The translations under genes and the position numbers were made by a program. The notes beneath the pieces were generated by a model. It was not told where the DNA came from. It saw only the letters and a list, made by a program, of their open reading frames with translations, and did no database searches. From Candidatus Babelota bacterium (lineage in GTDB: Bacteria > Babelota > Babeliae > Babelales > GCA-2401785), in contig VHBT01000005.1 in the NCBI GenBank assembly GCA_016871815.1, positions 1 to 50,381 on the forward strand: a DNA stretch of 50,381 bases, written 5' to 3'. Shown piece after piece: positions 33,308 to 39,877 of this stretch; the stretch's first letter is position 1, and every line of letters starts with the position of its first letter.

Positions 33308-34159
33308 TTAAAAAAGTCCCCAATTATAAATCCAATTCGGACAAATTATGTAAAGCCATGAAATAATTCGCCACCGCTTGGTAATAAATGCAACTTTTTT
33401 ACGCGATTTAATCGCATCAAATATTTGCTGACCAGCTTTCTCCACACTGCTTGACCAATATTCTTTTGGATCTTCGCCAGGCTTTGCCCAATCAACATCA
33501 ACATATCCAGGGATAATATCGGTTACATAAATTGGTAATTTGTTTTGTAGAGCAAAGTTTCGCAAACTCTCCATGTAGCGCTGCATAAATGCTTTTGATG
33601 CGCAATATCCAGGCGAATCAGCGGCGCCGATAAGCCCTGAGGTTGAAGAAACACCCACTAAGTGCCCTGATTTTTGTTTTTTAAAATGCTCCCATGCAAC
33701 AATAGCCGCTCGCCAAAAGCCCAAACAATCAAGATTAATTTCTTCTCGTTCAAGAGAAATAATATCGCTCCGAGTTGATCGATTTTTGTAGTTGCCAGCG
33801 GTGTACGCCTGAGCCGTTTGACTGATCGAGATCACCATCAAATCACACCCACCAAGCCGGTCAATTAATGTATTCAATTTTTCTATTGCATCATCATGAC
33901 TCATGTCAATTTTGAACGGCAGACATTGATCTTTAAATTCTTTTGCAAGTTCATCAAGTCTTTCTTGTCGACGACCAACACAACCAACAATATATCCGTC
34001 AGCCATCAATCGCCGCGCTGTTTCTCGCCCCATCCCTGCAGTAGCCCCAACAACAATCGCTCTTTTTCCCTTACCCGATTCATATAAAAAAGGGAAAGAT
34101 AGGTCAGCCAAAGACCATCCTAAAATCAAAACAATTATAAACAAAATTCGTTTTATCAT
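33308..34159 (-). CDS. Short-chain dehydrogenase/reductase (SDR) with hydrophobic N- and C-termini
   Basis: Cofactor motif AIVVGATAGMGRETA. Catalytic SSTSG...YCASK (YxxxK). N-terminal ILFIIVLILGW and C-terminal hydrophobic tail. Confidence 0.8.
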   Translation of the reverse strand: MIKRILFIIVLILGWSLADLSFPFLYESGKGKRAIVVGATAGMGRETARRLMADGYIVGCVGRRQERLDELAKEFKDQCLPFKIDMSHDDAIEKLNTLIDRLGGCDLMVISISQTAQAYTAGNYKNRSTRSDIISLEREEINLDCLGFWRAAIVAWEHFKKQKSGHLVGVSSTSGLIGAADSPGYCASKAFMQRYMESLRNFALQNKLPIYVTDIIPGYVDVDWAKPGEDPKEYWSSSVEKAGQQIFDAIKSRKKVAFITKRWRIISWLYIICPNWIYNWGLF

Positions 34160-34169
34160 TTATTCACGT

Positions 34170-35393
34170 TTAATGAGCTGAAATACCAAGTTTTTGGCCA
34201 ATTTTTTGATTAATTTTATCTGAGATCAAATCTGTCACTTGAGTCGGATCAACTCGAACACCAAAAGTATCACCGACCTTTCCAGCAACCCACGAAAGAA
34301 CAGAAGATGTTCGCGACGGAGCCATAGAAATATCACATTGAGATTTGATCCTTCGAGGAACCCCCGCATACTCAACGCGCGCAGAGACATCTAAAGCCTC
34401 ATACACTTTTTGGCGAATTTTTGGATACGGTTTTACCAACAAGTAATCTTTCACATACACCTGTGTTATAAAACTATAGGGATGAACAGCCAAATATACC
34501 GTTGCAGCAGAACAATTTAATGCATCAAGTTTTGCATGATATCCCAAGGATGCATCTAAAAGTTTTGTTCTACCATCCATACGTAATAATGGATATCGGT
34601 CTTCATCTCGAGCTGGAGCCTGCAATTTTGCAACAATTTTATCGCCCACGCTCAATCCCATAAGGTTTGCTTCACTCCCCTCTTCCAACCAAACATCAAG
34701 ATCAGTTGTAACTAACGAACTTAGAAGCAGTTGCGACATCCCTGATTGCTTTATTCTCACAGAGTTTGCTCGCAAAGACTCAATAACACATTTTGAATCA
34801 TCAGAAAGATCCAGAAAGACCGTTTGTCCTTCTGCTGGTCCCATAACACGAACCATACCATTTCCTGTAATTTTTATATCAGGCAACTGATCTTTGTAGG
34901 TAACATTAAAGACAGTATTGTAAGAAGATGATCCTTGATTTGAACCCAAAATAATTTTGTCTCCATTTCTTCCACACGTTGGCATGGTTTCTTTTTTGGG
35001 TAAATATTTAAAAGAAACAATATTTAAATCACCTTTTTTTAAGATCACAACACCCGCACGTTGCAATTCAAGATGCTTTACTTCAGTTGATATTTCATAT
35101 CGCTGTTCTTTTACAAAACCTGCCTCTACAACTTTACCAGCCGTTTCTGCGATATCTATTTCTTTACCACTCAAATAATCATCAATAGTTTGAGATGCAA
35201 TGTCAGAAAGTGCTGAAATGCCAGTTTTTCCTTTCTGAATAGCCACTTGTTTTATATCTTTTATCAAAGATGAAATAACTCCAGAAGAAGAAGCCTCTTG
35301 CGGGCTGGACACTGTTTCATTTTGAGCCGAGCAAGCATTTTGGACAATAAAAGTAATAATTAAAAACAAAAATAATGGATTATATTTTTTCAT
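34170..35393 (-). CDS. Hypothetical secreted protein (407 aa)
   Basis: Signal peptide MKKYNPLFLFLIITFIVQNACSA. 10 nt upstream of the SDR gene (operon). No confident domain call. Confidence 0.65.
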   Translation of the reverse strand: MKKYNPLFLFLIITFIVQNACSAQNETVSSPQEASSSGVISSLIKDIKQVAIQKGKTGISALSDIASQTIDDYLSGKEIDIAETAGKVVEAGFVKEQRYEISTEVKHLELQRAGVVILKKGDLNIVSFKYLPKKETMPTCGRNGDKIILGSNQGSSSYNTVFNVTYKDQLPDIKITGNGMVRVMGPAEGQTVFLDLSDDSKCVIESLRANSVRIKQSGMSQLLLSSLVTTDLDVWLEEGSEANLMGLSVGDKIVAKLQAPARDEDRYPLLRMDGRTKLLDASLGYHAKLDALNCSAATVYLAVHPYSFITQVYVKDYLLVKPYPKIRQKVYEALDVSARVEYAGVPRRIKSQCDISMAPSRTSSVLSWVAGKVGDTFGVRVDPTQVTDLISDKINQKIGQKLGISAH

Positions 35394-35416
35394 AGCATTT
35401 CGACTTTTAAATGAAT

Positions 35417-35445
35417 TTGTACTACCGTGTAACTAGTTTTAGTAT
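35417..35445 (+). promoter_or_regulatory. Candidate sigma70-type promoter for the sodA-atp operon
   Basis: TTGTAC (35417-35422), a 17-nt spacer, then TAGTAT (35440-35445), about 70 nt upstream of the sodA ORF. Confidence 0.35.
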
Positions 35446-35513
35446 TTCAAATGAAAAACTGTATTCTCAAGATACAAGAAAAAGCGTGGCCAGTTATTTT
35501 TAACTAAACCACT

Positions 35514-36191
35514 ATGGAGATCTTTATGAACAGCTGGATGCTCTCAATTTTAAAAGAAACTTACCCTTTCACACTTCCAGCTCTTGGATACTCAGCAGAA
35601 AGCCTTGAGCCTCACATCGACAAAGAAACGATGGAAATACATCACAAAAAACATCATCAAGCATACATCAACAACCTGAATGCTGAGTTAGAAAAATTTT
35701 CCGAATTTCAGTCAAAATCACTTTTTTGGCTTGTCTCTCACTATGAAAAGCTTCCCGAAAATTTATCCAAGGTCGTCAGGAATCATGGTGGCGGCCATTT
35801 AAATCATTCATTATTTTGGCAAATGCTCTCTCCGCACAAGCAAACCCCATCTCCAACTCTTGAGAAAATGATTACAACTAATTTTGGATCGCTTGAAATT
35901 TTTACTACCCAATTTAACAAAGCTGCTCTTTCTGTTTTTGGAAGCGGTTGGGCTTGGTTATGCATCGATAACGAAAAAAAACTTTCTATCATGGCAACAC
36001 CAAACCAAGATAACCCATACTCAAAAAACCTCACCCCAGTGCTTGGAATCGATGTATGGGAACATGCATATTATCTCAAGTACCAAAACCAAAGAAATGC
36101 CTACATTTCTGCGTTTTGGAACATTATTAATTGGGAAAAAGTAGAAGACGCTATTCACCTAAGCCCACAAATAGCAATCGGAAAATTTTAA
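35514..36191 (+). CDS. sodA: Superoxide dismutase, Mn-type signature
   Basis: FTLPALGYSAESLEPHIDKETMEIHHKKHHQAY, GGGHLNHSLFW (Mn-type), FGSGWAWL, ATPNQDNP, DVWEHAYYL. The start is uncertain: ATG at 35514, 35526 (GGAG 6 nt upstream) or 35538. Confidence 0.93.
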   Translation: MEIFMNSWMLSILKETYPFTLPALGYSAESLEPHIDKETMEIHHKKHHQAYINNLNAELEKFSEFQSKSLFWLVSHYEKLPENLSKVVRNHGGGHLNHSLFWQMLSPHKQTPSPTLEKMITTNFGSLEIFTTQFNKAALSVFGSGWAWLCIDNEKKLSIMATPNQDNPYSKNLTPVLGIDVWEHAYYLKYQNQRNAYISAFWNIINWEKVEDAIHLSPQIAIGKF

Positions 36192-36442
36192 TGTTTTTTT
36201 TAGATTTGATTGCTGGAATTATAATTGGCGCAATTCACGGAATGCTTCAATTATTACAACACACAAAAAGTAGTCCAGATCGATATCTCACAATCTTTGT
36301 TTTGCGATTATTGGTTACCGGAAGTCTTTTTTTATGTGCTCAAAAATATTTACAACCATCCTATCTATTGTTTTTTTCTGGATTCATTTTTAGTTTAATA
36401 CTCACCACACTACTTGCCGTGCAAGGATCCAAATGGAACTAA
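36191..36442 (+). CDS. Small 3-helix membrane protein, ATP synthase protein I / AtpZ-like by position
   Basis: The ATG overlaps the sodA stop (TAATG). 83 aa with three hydrophobic segments. It lies immediately upstream of, and overlaps by 10 nt, the a-subunit gene. The track start at 36131 lies inside sodA and is rejected. Confidence 0.45.
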   Translation: MFFLDLIAGIIIGAIHGMLQLLQHTKSSPDRYLTIFVLRLLVTGSLFLCAQKYLQPSYLLFFSGFIFSLILTTLLAVQGSKWN

Positions 36443-37263
36443 ATATTTTTAGCTTTCACACAAAAAATTTTTTTCAGCAGTTAAATCTAACTCATCCCTT
36501 TTGGACGCTTCATCTTGATACCGTGATATGCACATGGTTTGCCATGTTCGTACTTTTTATACTCTGCAGCACAATTATTTATTTTATAAAACACAAACCA
36601 GAATCTATGGTTAGCTTTATATCAAAAAGCATCACTAATATGCTGGTATCAACAACAAGCGAAACTCTAGGCGAGTTTGACGAAGAGTCGTTCCATACTT
36701 CATTTAGTCTCTTCTTCTTCGCGTTCTCATGCACATTGGTAAGCCTTATTCCTCACGTAGAAGAAGCAACCAGAGATGTAAACACAACATTTGCTCTGGC
36801 CCTGATCAGCTTTTGTTTTGTTCAATACAAAGGATTTAAAGCTCATGGATGGCATCGCCTCAAAGAATACATACAACCCTTCTTCTTTATGCTTCCAATG
36901 CACGTCATCGGAGATATTGCAAAAATAACCTCAATGTCATTTCGATTATTTGGAAACATTCTTGCTGGTTCTGTAATTTTACAACTCATGTTCCTTGTGC
37001 TCTCATTATTTTTTCCCTATTTATTTATATACTTTGCAATTCTTACGATCCTATCGCTGGCAATATCCATGCTTAAAAGCAGAATTGAGTTTGTTGCTCA
37101 TCTAAAACCATATCTCAGCGCGTTATATGTTGTTTTTCTTATTCCCGCAGGACTGCAATTATTCTTTGGATTGTTTGAAGGTTTGTTACAATCTGGCGTG
37201 ATTGCATTATTAACGCTAACCTACACTGGTCTTGCAACTCAAAAAGAATCTGAAGAGAATTGA
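36433..37263 (+). CDS. atpB: F-type ATP synthase subunit a
   Basis: Hallmark MSFRLFGNILAGSVILQLM (essential Arg motif), 5-6 hydrophobic helices, 276 aa. Confidence 0.9.
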   Translation: MELNIFSFHTKNFFQQLNLTHPFWTLHLDTVICTWFAMFVLFILCSTIIYFIKHKPESMVSFISKSITNMLVSTTSETLGEFDEESFHTSFSLFFFAFSCTLVSLIPHVEEATRDVNTTFALALISFCFVQYKGFKAHGWHRLKEYIQPFFFMLPMHVIGDIAKITSMSFRLFGNILAGSVILQLMFLVLSLFFPYLFIYFAILTILSLAISMLKSRIEFVAHLKPYLSALYVVFLIPAGLQLFFGLFEGLLQSGVIALLTLTYTGLATQKESEEN

Positions 37264-37266
37264 TAT

Positions 37267-38235
37267 ATGAATGCGATGCTCTCTTTTTTAGCACATTTCG
37301 GTCACTACGCTGGTGCATTTTTAGCCATTTCTCTCAGCGCTATTGGTGCAACACTTGGACAAGGAATGTCTTTTTCTGGAGCCGCACAAGCTCTTGCTCG
37401 TCAACAAGAAAGCGTCAAAGTTATTCGTCAGCTACAATTTCTGGGTCTTCTTCTAATCGAAAGCGGACCAGCACTGGGTCTTATTTTTGTTATTATTTTT
37501 TTATTTGGTAGCAGCTTACCTGCAACACTTCCAATTGGTCTGGTAAAAGCAAGTATTGGACTTTCATTTGGACTAAGTTCTCTTTTTTCGGGAATTGCAG
37601 CAGGACAGGCGGTTAATGCTGCTGCTCACGCATCTGCACGACAACCATTTATTGGTAAAAAACTTTCAACAATCATGTTGCTGCTAGAATCTTTTGCTGA
37701 AGTCTCAACAATCTTTAGCTTCATCATCGGATTAATAGCATTTTCTAAGCTCTCGCCCGACTTGACCCTACAAGAAGGAATTAAATTATCTGCCGCGTGC
37801 CTGACTTTAAGCGTTGCAACAATTGGCACAGGAATTGCACAAGCAGCCCTTGCGCGATCAAACATTTCTGCGATCGGACTCAATCCGTACATGTATGGGA
37901 AAATTAGCACATTCACATTCATCACAAGTGCATTTATCGAAACCCCAATTTTTTTCGCATTCTTTTTATCATTCAAATTATTTTACACTTCAACAGCTCA
38001 CCTTTCTGCAATTGAATGTCTTTCTTTTTACGCAATCACCCTTGCAAGTGGACTTGGCTCTGCAGGACCTGCGATCAGCGCAACCCTTGTATCGTCAAAA
38101 AGTGCAATTCAAGCAGCTTTGAATCCAAGCCAATACGAAAAGCTCAGAAAAACGACGATTTTCGCTCAATTTTTATTAGAATCAGGAGCTATCTATTCTC
38201 TTCTTCTTTCGATTATTATCTCGATGATTCTTTAA
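37267..38235 (+). CDS. atpE: Four-fold fused F-type ATP synthase c subunit (8 predicted TM helices)
   Basis: Four ~80-aa units, each with a Gly-rich helix, a polar loop (ARQQES, ARQPF, GLNPYMYG, ALNPSQ) and a helix with a buried Glu at aa 65, 145, 225 and 305. No in-frame stop between units. Confidence 0.85.
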   Translation: MNAMLSFLAHFGHYAGAFLAISLSAIGATLGQGMSFSGAAQALARQQESVKVIRQLQFLGLLLIESGPALGLIFVIIFLFGSSLPATLPIGLVKASIGLSFGLSSLFSGIAAGQAVNAAAHASARQPFIGKKLSTIMLLLESFAEVSTIFSFIIGLIAFSKLSPDLTLQEGIKLSAACLTLSVATIGTGIAQAALARSNISAIGLNPYMYGKISTFTFITSAFIETPIFFAFFLSFKLFYTSTAHLSAIECLSFYAITLASGLGSAGPAISATLVSSKSAIQAALNPSQYEKLRKTTIFAQFLLESGAIYSLLLSIIISMIL

Positions 38236-38259
38236 AATTAAATCCGATAAAAAAACCTC

Positions 38260-39399
38260 ATGCATATTATTTATTTCATAACAAAGCTTGAACTTGGCGG
38301 AGCTCAAAAAGTCTGCCTCGCGCTTCACTCTGGCCTTAAAACAAAAAACAACGTCAAAACCTCACTTATTTCAGGAAACGAAGGCGTTCTTGTTTCTGCA
38401 ACAAAAGATGATTCCTCTGTAATTCTTCTTTCTACGCTCAAAAGAGAACTCTCGATTTCGGGTATTTGGAATGAAATAAAGACTTTTTTCGATCTTATAA
38501 AAACACTTAAAGAGCTATCAAAAAAATATGCAGGCAAAACAATTATTCATACCCACAGCACAAAAGCTGGAATTCTTGGTCGTTGGGCAGCTTTTTTTGC
38601 AAGAATCCCGATCAGGGTTCACACCGTTCACGGATTTGCGTTTCATGAACACCAATCATACCCAAAATGGATAGTTATTTTCTTATGTGAATGGATTACC
38701 TCACTTATTACCACTCACTTTGTCCTCGTTTCTAGCTACGATCAGTCTATCGGAATGAAGTTTTTTCCTTTCTTTAAATCAAAAAATTCAATTATTAGAG
38801 CGGCAGCATTCATTTCCCCACCGCAATACGTTCATAAAAGCAAGAAACAATTCTCTGAAGAAAATCCATTAATAATCGGAAGCGTAAGTTGCTTTAAACC
38901 CCAAAAAAATATAAACGATCTTATTACCATTTTTAGTAATTTCGTTCATAAAAACAACGTACACGCTCGCCTTGAAATCATTGGCGACGGAGAACTTAAA
39001 AAAAACCTTCAAGATCTTGCAGGCACTCTAAAAATCTCTCATCTCGTTTCTTTTGTTGGCTGGCAACCAAACATCTCACCATTTTTGGCTCGTTGGGATC
39101 TTTTTGCCTTAACATCTTTGTGGGAAGGACTTCCGTGCGCCATCATCGAAGCTCGACTTTTTAAACTCCCCGTCATCTGCTACAACACTGGTGGCATAAA
39201 AGATGTAATAGAAACCAACAAAAACGGGGCTTTAATTACCCAGTTTGATACAAAGTCTTTTGAATCATTTTTATTAAAATGCTACAACGATCAATCGTTT
39301 TACGAACAAATCGCAAATAACAACGACGACCTTTCTAATTTTACCGTAGAGGCAATGGTCAACCAGCATCTAGAACTCTACAAAAAATTATCCGAATAA
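38260..39399 (+). CDS. Glycosyltransferase, GT4 (GT-B fold) family
   Basis: N-terminal IIYFITKLELGGAQK. C-terminal EGLPCAIIEARLFKLPVICYNTGGIKDVIETNKNGAL (EX7E-type region). Confidence 0.85.
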   Translation: MHIIYFITKLELGGAQKVCLALHSGLKTKNNVKTSLISGNEGVLVSATKDDSSVILLSTLKRELSISGIWNEIKTFFDLIKTLKELSKKYAGKTIIHTHSTKAGILGRWAAFFARIPIRVHTVHGFAFHEHQSYPKWIVIFLCEWITSLITTHFVLVSSYDQSIGMKFFPFFKSKNSIIRAAAFISPPQYVHKSKKQFSEENPLIIGSVSCFKPQKNINDLITIFSNFVHKNNVHARLEIIGDGELKKNLQDLAGTLKISHLVSFVGWQPNISPFLARWDLFALTSLWEGLPCAIIEARLFKLPVICYNTGGIKDVIETNKNGALITQFDTKSFESFLLKCYNDQSFYEQIANNNDDLSNFTVEAMVNQHLELYKKLSE

Positions 39400-39476
39400 A
39401 GACTCTTTTGACTCAGAAATTACAACTCTGGTACAGTCGTACTGTTGAAAAGGACAACTTCTTCAGGGGGGGAAAC

Positions 39477-39764
39477 ATGAAGAGGAGCCTAAGAATAACT
39501 ATTTCTGGAAACGTCCAGGATATGTCATTCAAAGAAAAAATTCAGCATGCTGCTGAGAAATTCAAACTCGAAGGTATATGTGAAAATCTTGATGAGGATA
39601 AACTTATTATCCTGGTAAACGGAGAAAGCGAAATGCTTGATAATCTTATCGATACCATTTACGAAGGAACCTTGAAAACCAAGATTGATTTTGTAGATGT
39701 TGAATCAAACACAACACCAAGAAACTACCGTGGTGTTTTTAGAATCATCAGCAACAACGAGTAA
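39477..39764 (+). CDS. Acylphosphatase-like fold protein (degenerate phosphate loop)
   Basis: ITISGNVQDMSFKEKIQHAAEKFKLEGICENLDEDKLIILVNGES aligns with VxGxVQGVxFR...GWVxN...G. Arg is replaced by Lys and the Gly residues are lost. I prefer the ATG at 39477, preceded by a G7/GGGGGGGAAAC SD-like run. The track TTG at 39408 is less likely. Confidence 0.5.
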   Translation: MKRSLRITISGNVQDMSFKEKIQHAAEKFKLEGICENLDEDKLIILVNGESEMLDNLIDTIYEGTLKTKIDFVDVESNTTPRNYRGVFRIISNNE

Positions 39765-39771
39765 AAAAATT

Positions 39772-39797
39772 AGGAGGGCTTTTTTAGCCCTCCTTTT
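39772..39797 (+). terminator. Intrinsic terminator ending the sodA-atp-GT operon
   Basis: AGGAGGGCT (39772-39780), TTTTT loop, AGCCCTCCT (39786-39794), then TTT. Confidence 0.8.
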
Positions 39798-39877
39798 GCA
39801 ATAATCTTTTTTCAAATTCATATAAAAATAGTAGAGTAAAAAAAATAAATTTTTCTGATTTTAAACATTGTTGAGTA

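Noticed and set aside
36131-36190. Track start of the small membrane ORF inside sodA
   Set aside because: The extension is basic, non-membrane sequence overlapping sodA. The ATG at 36191 overlaps the sodA stop (TAATG) and begins directly with the hydrophobic helix.
37260-37511. 83-aa ORF in an alternative frame over the start of the fused c-subunit gene
   Set aside because: Its sequence is Ser/Arg/Cys-rich with no features, and it is nested in a strongly supported CDS.
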